This document shows, one piece after another, positions 32,327-45,310 of a DNA stretch of 47,624 bases. The stretch spans positions 4,521,683 through 4,569,306 of the forward strand of contig NC_068983.1 in NCBI RefSeq assembly GCF_001194135.2. The letters run 5' to 3'. Below the pieces are notes generated by a model. That model was not told the DNA's origin and ran no database searches. It saw only the letters and a list, made by a program, of their open reading frames with translations. The first letter of the stretch is position 1. Every line of letters begins with the position of its first letter. This stretch comes from Octopus bimaculoides (taxonomy: Eukaryota). The position numbers and the translations under genes were made by a program.

Positions 32327-33089
32327 NNNNNNNNNNNNNNNNNNNNNNNNNNNNNNNNNNNNNNNNNNNNNNNNNNNNNNNNNNNNNNNNNNNNNNNNNN
32401 NNNNNNNNNNNNNNNNNNNNNNNNNNNNNNNNNNNNNNNNNNNNNNNNNNNNNNNNNNNNNNNNNNNNNNNNNNNNNNNNNNNNNNNNNNNNNNNNNNNN
32501 NNNNNNNNNNNNNNNNNNNNNNNNNNNNNNNNNNNNNNNNNNNNNNNNNNNNNNNNNNNNNNNNNNNNNNNNNNNNNNNNNNNNNNNNNNNNNNNNNNNN
32601 NNNNNNNNNNNNNNNNNNNNNNNNNNNNNNNNNNNNNNNNNNNNNNNNNNNNNNNNNNNNNNNNNNNNNNNNNNNNNNNNNNNNNNNNNNNNNNNNNNNN
32701 NNNNNNNNNNNNNNNNNNNNNNNNNNNNNNNNNNNNNNNNNNNNNNNNNNNNNNNNNNNNNNNNNNNNNNNNNNNNNNNNNNNNNNNNNNNNNNNNNNNN
32801 NNNNNNNNNNNNNNNNNNNNNNNNNNNNNNNNNNNNNNNNNNNNNNNNNNNNNNNNNNNNNNNNNNNNNNNNNNNNNNNNNNNNNNNNNNNNNNNNNNNN
32901 NNNNNNNNNNNNNNNNNNNNNNNNNNNNNNNNNNNNNNNNNNNNNNNNNNNNNNNNNNNNNNNNNNNNNNNNNNNNNNNNNNNNNNNNNNNNNNNNNNNN
33001 NNNNNNNNNNNNNNNNNNNNNNNNNNNNNNNNNNNNNNNNNNNNNNNNNNNNNNNNNNNNNNNNNNNNNNNNNNNNNNNNNNNNNNNNN
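32327..33089. other. Assembly gap (N)
   Basis: Run of N. Confidence 1.
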
Positions 33090-33139
<50 letters not shown>

Positions 33140-33328
33140 TGTGTGTTTGGCTCTTACAACTTTGCTATAATGCTGCAGATATCTGTCTATGTTATTAAGA
33201 AGGTTTGCTTACCAACCACGTTTTCAGTTCAATCCTGCTGTGTGGCACTTTGGACAACAAGTCTCTTATACGATAAACTCAGTATGACCATGTGGCTTTT
33301 ATAAATGGAAAGAGGAAGAAAGCTATGC

Positions 33329-33371
<43 letters not shown>

Positions 33372-33947
33372 AACGATGATGTTGATAATAATTACATGTG
33401 TGTATGTGTGCATATTTATTTGTTTACAGTTGTCCTTCTAAGAAAATTACTGAGCAACAAAGCAGTGATGTTGCTGTTATTCCCCCCTGTTAAATAATCC
33501 ACTGGTTTTATACCTTGTAAAGCCTGTGTGGAATATCAGTTCCCTTAATTGAACAACAGGAATGGGTTTATGAGAGGAAGGGCATCAAGCTGTTAAACAA
33601 TGCCTCAATATTTGTCTAACAACCTATTCTAGCATGGAAAAAAAAAAAACAAACATAGAAACAAACGAACAAGTTTTCAATTAAGTTTCACAACGATATG
33701 CAAATGGCTTAGCAAAATATTTCTAGAAGATATTGGCCAAATATTAGTTTTAAAATTAATACCCCAAAAAAAAAAAAAATTACTCAGTAGACTCTGTGAA
33801 ATGGTTGGCATAAAGAACGTGAAGAACTGCAGAAATCACGCCAAAGCAGACATTAGAGCTTAACACATAACAGAGTCCTCTGGGCCCACTGGATCTTGTC
33901 GAACCATCCAACCCATGCTAGTATGTAAAATAAATGTTAGCTGCTGC

Positions 33948-33992
<45 letters not shown>

Positions 33993-34706
33993 CCTACAGT
34001 ACTTAATATTTTAAAAGTCCCAAAGAAATCACAAACAATCATATATGCCGCCTGTTCTTTGGTAGTCTCAATCTCTCTATTCATTCTACAGAGAATTGCT
34101 TTGTATGTTATCATTCAATCCCTACCACCTTTAGAATGATTACTGCTACATGTGTACATTTAATTATTGTACCATTCCAAACAGACTTATCTCCAGGCCA
34201 TGGCACTGATTCAAACATTTCGCCACCTGATGAGATTTCTTATAGTTTACGTTAACATTGGTGCTTCCAACTGAATCTGTTATCGAAAGTGACACCGTTT
34301 TACTTCCTAAACTGAAGCCAACCAACAACATACTTCTCAAATAATTGGAATTTGTGTAACAAAAATACCTTCTTGTATTTATGTTTGAAACCTCACAGAC
34401 ATATGCATATTGGTGTGTGTATGTGTACATTTGTATGTATGTGAGTGTGTATGTATATAAATATATACATATATAATAATATAATATATAAATATATGCA
34501 TATATACATACATATATGTACATACCTACATATATATGTATATATACATGCATATATGGGTACAGGACATCAAAAAAACGTGAACAAAATGAGAAACGAG
34601 AACATAGAAAACAAACTTTTCAAACAATGAAAGAAACAAACAGAGAAATGAGACATGCAACACAAAGAACATTCTCTTCATCAGTTGTCCCCTGGTTTAT
34701 CTACCC

Positions 34707-35134
34707 CAATTGAATAAAGTTAAAACATGGTCTGGTTTCATATTTTTTATTATGGTATTTTAACATTTAAAAAAATATATTTTGTAATGTTCATAAAGTT
34801 CAATTAGTGCTTTCATACATTCATAGTAACCATATCTTTAACATATGAATATAAACAAATGACAGAATATCAGTGTGCCCAGCAGACCGTGACGTTTAAG
34901 CTGCATGCGGATTGGTCAAAGCTGTATTCCAAAAATTCAGCTTGTTCTAAGAGATACTACAGTTATCAACAACTCAACTGTCAGTTAAACACATTCTGAA
35001 ATCTGCTGATTACTACGAACATATGAAAGCGCTAATTGAATTTTATGAACATTACAAAATATATTTTTTAATCTTAAAATACCATAATAAAAAAAAATGT
35101 GAAAACCAGACCATGTTTTAATTTTATTCAACTG
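34707..35134. mobile_element. Tc1-like non-autonomous element with long (about 120 bp) terminal inverted repeats
   Basis: 34707 to about 34830 is the reverse complement of about 35008-35134 (CA[A/G]TTGAATAAA.TTAAAACATGGTCTGG...TTTGTAATGTTCATAAA.TTCAATTAG.GCTTTCATA). The TA TSD is not clean. Confidence 0.75.
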
Positions 35135-35167
35135 ATATATTATTCTATACACATCCACACAAATTTG

Positions 35168-35213
<46 letters not shown>

Positions 35214-35666
35214 CAGTCCTCAGTCAAATCGTCCAACCCATGCTAGCATGGAAAGCGGACGTTAAACGATGATGATGATGATGATGATATATATGCCTGT
35301 ACATATATACATACATACATACACACACATATATATATATATAGAAGCATACATACATATATGTATGCATACACACACATATATAGACACATGTGTGTAT
35401 GTGTCTTTGTTTTGACATCACATGATAGTTGTAAACAAACAGCAACATCATACAGGTAGTGACATTCATACCCAGCCTTCCATGAGAAACATGTCAGATC
35501 CATGGGTAAATATTAACTTGTTTGGGAACATGAGGGTTTGTGACATGAAGGACATCATGTGGTGGTGGAAAATCTTGCTCAACAACTTCGGCATGGCCAA
35601 TGCAAACATGGAAAAAGTCAACGTTAAAATGATGATGATGATGATGATGATGATATGCATATATGT

Positions 35667-35882
35667 GGAGAGCTGGCAGAAACGTTAGCACGCCGGGCGA
35701 AATGCTTAGCGGTATTTTGTCTGTCTTTATGTTCTGAGTTCAAATTCCGCCGAGGTCGACTTTGTCTTTCATCCTTTTGGGGTCAATAAATTAAGTACCA
35801 GTTGCATGCTGGAGTTGATCTAATTGACTAACACCCCCCACAAAAAAAAATTTCGGGCCTTGTACCTAGAGTAGAAAAGAAT
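35667..35882 (+). mobile_element. SINE family A, well preserved
   Basis: GGAGAGCTGGCAGAAACGTTAGCACGCCGGGCGAAATGCTTAGCGG...CTGAGTTCAAATTCCGCCGAGGTCGAC. Confidence 0.88.
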
Positions 35883-36159
35883 AATGATATGCATATGTAT
35901 ATTTGTGAGTATATATACATACATGTGTATATCTGATCATACAATAGACTGCATGCTTTCAGTGGAAGTGGAAGCAAAAATGACAATATACATCAACCAC
36001 ATTCTCATTTTCTCTTTCATTTTTAGCCGTTTCCAAATTTAGAACGATAATTTTTCAAATATTGAACTGAGGGCAGTTGAGGAGTTTCCAAGGTCACCTG
36101 AGCCTTTCTGTACCTTTTACATTATTTTTGGAAAATGGTTTACTAATTTAATCACACAC

Positions 36160-36407
36160 TCACATATACACATACACACACATATATATATACTTACATA
36201 TATATATATATATATATAATTATAAATATATATAACATAGATATACACACACACATATATACACACATATATATATACACACACATATATACACACACAT
36301 ATATACACACATATATTTATACACACACATATACCTATATATATATACACACATACACACATATATATACACTAATACACGTACACACAAATATATATAT
36401 ATACACT

Positions 36408-36443
<36 letters not shown>

Positions 36444-36445
36444 AA
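36160..36445. repeat. (TA)/(CA) compound microsatellite
   Basis: Direct observation; similar tracts at 34420-34560 and 25330-25420. Confidence 0.95.
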
Positions 36446-39083
36446 TTTTACATTTGACAAATGAGAAACAACCTCCATTTTTCTCTACTTTTTGTCTTAC
36501 TCCATTGACAGCAGTGTCAGCTCTGTTGATGTTTTTGTGGCAAATGAAATAAGTCAGTATCATATTTTCTGCACTTGTAAGTGCTTCAGCCATGGCTTTG
36601 TGGTTAACCACATGCTCTCAAAATTCAGTTACACCATATGGCACATTCAGCAAGTGTCTTCCTCTGTAACCCTAGGCCTTGTATAAGCATGGGAAAACGG
36701 ATGTAAAAATGAACAGATTCATCTAAAACATAGGTTTTGAAAGTGGGCACTACCGCTCCCTGGTGGTTGTTGAGAGAGTCCAGGTGGGCACTGGTGTCTA
36801 AAGGGATGGTAGAGAAAAAGGGGGCATTAGGAGAAAAGCTGTGGATTGGGAGATGCTTATGAATTTATATCATTATAGTATTGTATACAAATTATATAAT
36901 ATTATATTAAATATCAAATGATTCATAGTATATATAAATTAGTAAAATATAAAATTTTTATTTATACATAAAAATAGGGGTGGGGTGCTGAGGGTATTAT
37001 GTGGCCTGAGTTTCCAAATTCAATCCTACTGCCAGGCACATTGGGTTAGCATCTTCTACTATAACCATGGGTCAACCACAGCCTTGTAGATTCGGTAGAC
37101 AGAAACTGAAAAGAAAACATGTTGTATATGTGTGTATAAATGTGCATGTGGTGTTTGTGTACATCTTTCTCTTGACATGACATGTGGGTTGGCAACAGAA
37201 AGGACATCAGGCCAGAGAAGATTGTCTCAACAAATTCCATCTGACCCATGTAAGCATTGAAAAGTGGATGTTAAAACGATGATGATGATGATAATTAACA
37301 TGATAGAATTATGTCCCTCTCAGCTTCTGACTATAAACATAACACACTCTTTCTCAGACATCTAAAAACCATTCTCAGAAAGCTTTCAATTGCAAACAAG
37401 CACTGGTTCCTGAAATTAAGACATTTAGTTTGAACTTTATCGATCCAAATTTTCAAATTCTACATTTTCCTCAGAGCACCAATTAACATTTGTGTGCCAT
37501 TATGAATTTTTAATATTTTCATTCTCTTTCCCAGATTTTGATTAGCATGTTTTTCTCGGTAACAGACACAAAATAAAAAAAATCATCACCAGCACTTTTA
37601 TTTAATGTCCACTTTTCCATGCTTGCATGGGTCAGACAGAATTTGTCAAGGCAGATTTTTATGGCTGGCTGCTCTTCTTGCTGCCAACTCTCATCAGTTT
37701 CCATGCAAGGTAATATTTCCCCTAAGCCAAACTTATTTTTCAGGAAATTCAGGAAACTTACTTGCAGCCACCTGGACAACCAAAACATAAAAATCAGAAG
37801 GAATTCCAAGTACCAAATCTCTTATCCACCAACCTTGGGACCAGAGGTGGTCTGCATTTCTAGACACAGGCTAAATATATGCCGAAAATATAAAATAAAT
37901 AAAGGAAAGTAAAGAACAAAATTGTATAACATATACAAATTAATACATTTCTAAAGCAGGGTTTGTTTGATCTGGCATCATGTGGTGACGCATGTGCCAC
38001 AGAAACCAAAACAAAGTGGCTGCCCGGCGAACTACTTACAGCCCACAAAATTCAAAATTATTCAGTTTCAAAAATAGCTGTATTTCTGGTAATTCCAGAT
38101 TTCTGGATTCCAGATAAGAGGTTCAGTACCTGTATATGTATTTGCATAATAAAATAAGCATATGTAAAAAAAAACAAAAAAAAACTCTCTCTCTCTCTCT
38201 CGGTGATTCTCTTTCCTTGAGGGAAGTTTCTTCCCATCTTCAATTTCTTACCAAACCCTATTTCTCTCTGCCTCTCAGAATGCAACAGCAGCAACAATGG
38301 TGGTCACCAGTCAAATTTCAAACATGTATTGTGCTGAGTCAAAAGTCTTACAATATTTTGGTAACTTATTTGTTCGATTGGTTGAGTTACATAAAAAGCA
38401 GCCTAGCCTTCAAAGCAGAGGCCATTGTGTTGCAATGTCTGAAGGCACTTTCCTGTCATTTCTCTGGTCCTTTCCTGATATTAAGCTCTTGTTCTTCGAG
38501 GAGAAGAACTCTTTCACTGAAACTCCCGCTTCCTCTTGGTTGTGCAGGAAGTGAGCCATGCAAGACATCACAAGACTTCTTATCACTCAATACGACCCAG
38601 AATGTATTCCAGGAACTTGAGGGAATCAAACTATCTATTTATCACCCGATGAGATACGTCTGCACCACCGGATACTCCTGAACCAGTTTTTGTGTGTCCC
38701 ACAAGAGGAATCGATGCTAGATGAGTCGAAGCAATTGTTGTGATTAATAATAAATTCTCGTAAATTCCATATTCCGCCTCTCATTTTTTATTTACCTAAA
38801 CAAGTAGCCTTGCAACAAAATAGTCTTCCGATCAGGGGGAATGTGGCCCTGCTCTCCTAACCAATAGAGTGGCATCATTCAAAGGTTAAAACAAAGCACC
38901 CAGCCATAGAAAAATCTGCCACAATAAATTCCGTCTGACCCACACCAGCATGGAAAATTAGAATGACAAGCAGGGCCCATGAATATTTCACCAAATTAAT
39001 AGCAAACCCATCAGGTTGTTCCTGAAAACTTTATCCAAAAAACCTGAAAGGGCAGCCTGTGTTGTGTCTGTATCAAAGGGTGG

Positions 39084-39084
<1 letters not shown>

Positions 39085-39117
<33 letters not shown>

Positions 39118-39390
39118 TTAACGTCCGCTTTCCATGCTAGCATGGGTTGGATGATTTGACTGAAGACTGGCGAACCAGATGGCTGCACCAGGCTCCAATC
39201 TGATCTGGCAGAGTTTCTACAGCTGGATGCCCTTCCTAACGCCAATCACTCCAAGAGTGTAGTGAGTGCTTTTACGTGCCACCTGCATAGGAGCCAGTTC
39301 AGTGGCACTGGCAACAACCTCGCTCGAATGATTTTCTAACATGCCAGTAAGGCGACGCTGGTAACGACCATGCTCAAATGGTGTCATGCT
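39085..39390 (-). mobile_element. SINE family C
   Basis: Near-identical 3' part to 13836-14160. Confidence 0.85.
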
Positions 39391-39978
39391 TGGAATACGA
39401 TGATTACTTAATGCACTTTATATACATACCTTATGTACTTTATGCACAATTTTATAGACACAACACTCATAAAATATTTACTCTTATTTTTCCATTTTCC
39501 CCATAAACAAAAAAAAATATCCCATACATATGATACAACCTTTAGTTAAATTGCATATATTTACCTTCTAAATAAATGTGAATATTTCACAGAATTGTAC
39601 TTAAGCGCATCAGAACATCACCTCTCTGCTACAATTATTATGTTCCTCCTAGCTCACGTCATCAACGCTTCTCTCTCTTCCTTTTTTTCTTCCTCCTTCA
39701 GTCTCACTCTTTGCCTTATCCTCTCTTTCACTTCAACTAATCACATGAAAGCATGATCTAATGTCATGGATGCTTCTTCTCTCCCTCTTCTCCTCTAATC
39801 ACATGAAAGCGTTACAGTAACGTAATGACAAGCAAAATTATTATAAGATGATAATTAACTGTAACAAATCAATCTACGTGACATTATGTTGACTTAATAA
39901 TATAAAGATGAAGTTTTTGAATCCGGATATGTTTGTATGATGCTTGGAAGAAGAAGAATCTAACATAACTTTTCAAAT

Positions 39979-40011
<33 letters not shown>

Positions 40012-41099
40012 CAACTGCAAACTCTGCTATTATAAATGTGTCAAGAGAAAAATAACCAGACTACTTATCCTGCCAAAAATGGTTCATCTTCCATTTAACA
40101 TTTTATATCTATTAAGTGCAATAAAAATATATCTTTCCTTGTTATTTTCTTTTTATAGATTTATTTTCCTTCACGTGTTGGCCTTCACTAAACAATTATT
40201 CATATGTTCACAACTCAATTAAAATATTTTGCAAGTCACAGCTGGTCCAATCAATAAATTGTTGATCTACCAGCCAAAGAGTTAATGGACTCTTTTTATC
40301 ACCACCTCCTCCCCTCTTTCGCCTGCAACACTACTAAATTTGCAATGGCTAAGTTTATCTTGGTATACGTAGCTGTAATGAGAGAAGCACTGTTTATTGT
40401 TTATGAGTAATAGCCAATAGAACTGGTAAGTTTTAATAACGACTGATATAAATAATGTTTGGTTGGTTGGTCGGTCGGTCGGTGTCTCAGATTTGCTTTA
40501 CAGAGTACAAAGAGAGGGTAGAAATGAGTAAAAGAAAGATACAGAGAAAGTTGGATGAGTATACATGAAGCTTAGTGACAGGCAATGAGTAAGGGAACAC
40601 CACACATACTGAGAGGAGTTATACAAATGAGAAATGTGTTTCATTTAATTTTATTTTAATGAAATAAAAGTTTTTTCTTTTGAAAATTAGAATTCATTTC
40701 ATCATTTTGTATAAGCATCATGAAATTTGATAAAGATTAAATTATAACCATTATATGTATGCCATATTTCTTGACATTACCACTCATGGTGGCAAAAATA
40801 TACTTCAAAAGTTACCTGTCGTATATGTGTGTGTGTGTGTCTTTGAGTCCAAGTTTGTCCCCCACCACAGCTTGACAACTGGTGCTAGTGTGTTTACATC
40901 CTTGTAACTCAGTGGTTCAACAAAAGAGATCGATAGAATAAGTACCAAGTTTTACAAATAATAATACTGGGGTCAATTCATTTGATTAACAATTTGAGGT
41001 GGTGCCCCAGCATGGTCACAGTCTAATGACTGAAACAGCATACAGACATTTTGTCCCAAACAAGGCTTGAGGACACTGTAGCATAAGGGACTAGAAAGA

Positions 41100-41580
41100 A
41101 GGAAAAGAGGGGCCCACAAATTCATAAGATGTTGGCTTACAGAAGCATAAGGACTCTACTTGATAGACCAGAGGAAAAGAAGATGACTGTAGTGAGTTTC
41201 AGAGAGAAGAAGTGCAAGGAAAAGAAGTCATTGGAATAAAAGGATTTATGATTAAGGAGGAGCTCAATGGAGAAACAAAGCAGCTGGGAAGAGAAGTAGG
41301 GGACGTGTTTAAAGGTCATGATAAAAGGTACTTGATGAGAAACTTCATCAGAGCAATGTCCATGGAAATGACTCACCTCATGTAACATGGCTGGTGTGTA
41401 ACAGTTATAGCATGTGAAATAAAAAGGATTTATGACTAACGGGAAACTCAATGGAGAAGCAACACAGATGGGAAGAGAAGTAGGGGACATATTTAAAGGT
41501 CAGAATAAAAGGTACTTGATGAGAAACTTCATCAGAGCAATGTCCATGGAAATGACTCACCTCTATGTAACACAGCTGGG
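41100..41580 (-). mobile_element. CR1/Jockey-type LINE 3' fragment with internal tandem duplication
   Basis: Minus-strand FHGHCSDEVSHQVP...HKSFYSNDFF/PCTSSL*NSLQSSSFPLVY resembles the post-RT C-terminal motif (YFHGHCS.EL...P...FYSNSFFPRTS.LWNSLP..FP..Y) of these LINEs. Confidence 0.7.
41235..41580. repeat. 183-bp tandem duplication
   Basis: Units start at 41235 and 41418 and share a long identical block (ATAAAAGGTACTTGATGAGAAACTTCATCAGAGCAATGTCCATGGAAATGACTCACCTC). Confidence 0.92.
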
Positions 41581-42251
41581 AAGAGAAGTGGATGTCACTT
41601 ATGGAATGAAGTATTTCTACATGGAAACTAGGACAATATTTACATCACAATATTAGTGAGATTATTGAGATATTTAAGGTGGCAAGCTAGCTGAGTTGTT
41701 AGAAGATTGGGTAAGATGCTTCCTGCCATTTTGTCCATCTTTATGTTCTGAGTCCAAATTCTGCCAAGGGGTTGATAAAATAAGTACCGGTTGAATACCT
41801 GGAGTTGATGTAATCAGCTTATCTCCTCCCCTGAAATTGCAGGCTTTGTGCAAAAATTTGAAACCAATATTATATATATATCTTTTACTAATCCAAGACT
41901 GCTTCCAATGAAGTACCAGTAAGGTTTAAAGGGATTCCAATTATATGGAACTGCCTGGTTTTAATACCAACTTAATGATAGTTACAAAAAATATTCTGTA
42001 CTTTTAGTCCTTGGGAACATTCTCACGTTTATAGTTGTACTGGTGGTCGTGGGTCCGTTCATTGTTTCAGTACACAAGTTAATCCAGTCTAGAAAAATAG
42101 TTTCCCAGAATGAAAGAATTCTAGTGTTTATCTTTGGATGTTAAAACTCAGATTCTGTCATCACATGAAGACAAATAGCAAGAGGTCAGAAGCACAGACT
42201 GAAGTGCATTTGGTAAGCAGGTGGATGTAAGATAAATTGTAAAGCATATAT

Positions 42252-42290
<39 letters not shown>

Positions 42291-42442
42291 CACACAGACA
42301 CACAAAAATGTATATATGTGTGTGTGTGTGTGTGAAAATAGCTATTTAATTCTTTGAAGAGAAAGTAACTTGTAGAAATGAATGGAGTGTTCTGGTAAAG
42401 GAAAGTATTGTTAGCATTGAACAAGTCAAAAGGCAGCATGTA

Positions 42443-42843
42443 CAATAGAACCTCACAGTACGAGTGCCCCATTGTAGGAGTAATTTGCTGTACAATCCGT
42501 GACTCGTGTGAAATTTTGTCTTGAAGTACGAGCAGAAATCCGCAGTACGAGCAGAAATCCGCAGTACGAGCAGAAATCCGCAGTACGAGCAGACAAATCG
42601 TTAATAAAACGAGTTTACATATTTCTTTTGCATTCTCTTTTTTATATTTGTCGTCTTCTTTGTAACTACAACTTTCCTGTTTTAAAACCCATAAATAATT
42701 ATTTTTGAGTGGTTTTCGTGGGTTGGAACAGATTAATTATATTTTAGTTAATTTCAATGGGGAAAATTGATTTGTAAAATGAGTAAACCATAAGACAAGC
42801 TCGGTCATAGAACGAATTAAACTCATGCAGTGAGGTATCACTG
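42443..42843. mobile_element. Tigger/pogo-like non-autonomous DNA transposon, 401 bp
   Basis: TA on both flanks; imperfect about 23-bp TIRs CAATAGAACCTCACAGTACGAGT / ACTCATGCAGTGAGGTATCACTG. Confidence 0.7.
42525..42594. repeat. Perfect 19-bp tandem repeat, about 3.6 copies
   Basis: AGTACGAGCAGAAATCCGC at 42525, 42544, 42563 and a partial copy at 42582. Confidence 0.95.
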
Positions 42844-43119
42844 TATTTTGAGAACGGGAAGTGTTATGGACGCACCAGATGTGATTAATAGTTGGAAATG
42901 CAGGATTGGTGACCATCTCCTATCAAAAACTGGCTACACAAGCTACATGAAATTATACGGTAATTTATGAAATGGAGATGCATTTTTTTATGCATCTTGA
43001 TTTCTTTTTTAAAAAGTAAACAACTTCTGTGTAGATTGCAGAAAAAAACAATCAAAGTAAATCTGGTTTGAAAAGGTACATCAAAGGCCATAAGATTATC
43101 ATACCACATGTAAGGTAGA

Positions 43120-43432
43120 GGGGCTCCCAAAGGGGGTCTCAGGGAGTAGCATCTCTGCCTTCCTGAACCAGTTTTACACCACTTTTGTTAAAAATCATGG
43201 TAGAGGCCTTGGTCTCAGGACCACTCATTTCTAGAAACTGAGGTTGCAGGTAAGCAAGGGCATGCTCCCGTAGAAAATCCAGCTCCAAAAAAGCCTCATG
43301 GTTGCAGGGTAGAATGGGCATCAGCCAGCCCAAAGTTTGGGGTAGGCTGCACCTGCCTACCTTGGTTGCTATGGCATTGAGGTAGATCCAGCCACCCCCG
43401 TTAATGGGGACAAAACCCAGGATGATGATGAT
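43120..43432 (+). mobile_element. Short retroposon with (GAT)n tail
   Basis: GGTAAGCAAGGGCATGCTCCCGTAGAAAA resembles the family C core; ends GGGGACAAAACCCAGGATGATGATGATG. Confidence 0.5.
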
Positions 43433-44094
43433 GTAAGCTATATAAAGAAGTTTTGAATCTTATCTGCTACATGTATTTAAAGCCATGTAGATCAACCACT
43501 GGTCTGAAAAGTCACCCCAGAGGACACAAATACAATGGAGATTATAGAGATTAAGTAGACTGATTGAGACAGCTATCATCTTTCAAAATGAAGCTATTCA
43601 CATGTAAGTATTACTATATGTATGTACGTGAGAGAGTGCATTTGTTTACATTCTCCACTGGCATGGAATAAGGGATCCTTTATTTGAAAAACTGTTAAGA
43701 ATTAGCAACAGGAAGAGCATCCAGCTACAAACCATTACCACAACAGTATATTTGTCTAACCCATAACATAGAAAAACACATAAAACTGATTAAAAAATTA
43801 AATGTTAATACGTATCATCTAAGAGTCCATAAGTAAGAAAAAATATGCATTTATATATTTGTCAATAGAGTGGCGATATTAATCAAAGTGTACAGTATTA
43901 TAGATCCATTTTGGTCAATCTTACCAATATGCTAGATAACATACCAGATGCAAGATAACAGCACAGTTAAGTAATACTGTGTGTTGATCATAGCTGACAG
44001 GTATGGAGCAGTTGCCATACTTTCATCATACGGGCTGCATGCTAGCTCTGACAAACAATATTACTTAACCATACTGTTATCTAACATTTGTTTA

Positions 44095-44134
<40 letters not shown>

Positions 44135-44374
44135 GATTTCCCTTGGATGTACCAATACTAATAACTAGTTTTTAGAACTCAATATACATATACAAGTGTA
44201 CTTTCTGAAATAAACATTCACTTCATTTTAATGGTCCCCAAGGAAGCTATAAGATGTTGCACAAGCACTTAGCTCTGAGTGCACTGCTTCTTACAACAGA
44301 AACAGCTGTAAGCTAATGAAGTTGACTACATGATTCCTGTTCCCTTGTCAGTCATTAATTAAAATACATAAATT

Positions 44375-44412
<38 letters not shown>

Positions 44413-44864
44413 ACTAAAGCAACCAAGGCATGGGTTATAAATATATATATGTAACATATACAACACCATATTCATGTATGTCGTAAACAAATATTTAACC
44501 TCAATGTGAAAGTAGACACCAGTTAAATGACAATGGTTTTTAGCAGCTAGGAATGAATAATTGAACCAACTAGATTTAGTTTCCACTAAAGAACAATTGG
44601 GGATTACTTACTGTGTCATGTGTCTTCCAAACTGCCAAAGAAGAATCTCAAAGCTATTTATAGAAAATGTAAACAGAATTCTTTGTAGTATAACTTAACA
44701 GTCGTAATACATGGTTCTATAGTTCTTAAGTCTGGCAGCAAAGACAACAGAGGTATGTGATTGCAGGGGTTTGTTTAACGAAGGATAAAACTTGGTTTAA
44801 TTCTTGTGCAAAGTTGCTGAAGATCTCTGTGATTTAAAAATGGCTTCTGCTTTTACTTTGGTAT

Positions 44865-45310
44865 TCATCATCATCGATGTCATCGTCGTTTAACATCCGC
44901 TTTCTATGCTGGCATGGGTTGGACGGTTTGACTGAGGACTGGCAAGCCAGAAGGCTGAACCAGACTCCAATCTGATTTGACAAAGTTTCTACAGCTGGAT
45001 GCCCTTCCTAACACCAACCACTCAGAGAGTGTAGTGGGTGCTTTTACGTGCTACCAGCACGAGGTCCAGTCAGGTGGCACTGGCAACGACCACATTCAAA
45101 GGTGTTTTTTACGTGCCACCTACACTGGAGCCAGTCCGGCGGCACTGGCTACAACCACGCTTGAATGTTGTTTTTTCACATGCGAGTAAGGCGACACTGA
45201 TAACAATCACGCTCAAATGGTGCTTTTTACATGCCACCGGCACGAGAGCTAGCCAGCGGCCCTGGCAACGATCACGCTTGGATAGTGCTTTTAACGTTCC
45301 ACTGGCAGAC
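44865..45310 (-). mobile_element. SINE family C with expanded internal repeats
   Basis: Family C tail and core plus several GGCACTGGCAACGA-type units. Confidence 0.85.

Noticed and set aside
32095-33198. Long ORFs spanning N runs (also 14383-15057, 23661-24216, 46600-46953)
   Set aside because: Artefacts of gap translation.
34660-34706. Minus-strand CTGATGAAG in a repeat fragment
   Set aside because: No stem II plus GAAA downstream, and the flank is interrupted by the long-TIR element.
40340-40440. Plus-strand CTG|GTAAGT donor as a divergent gene
   Set aside because: A single motif with no ORF or partner exon.
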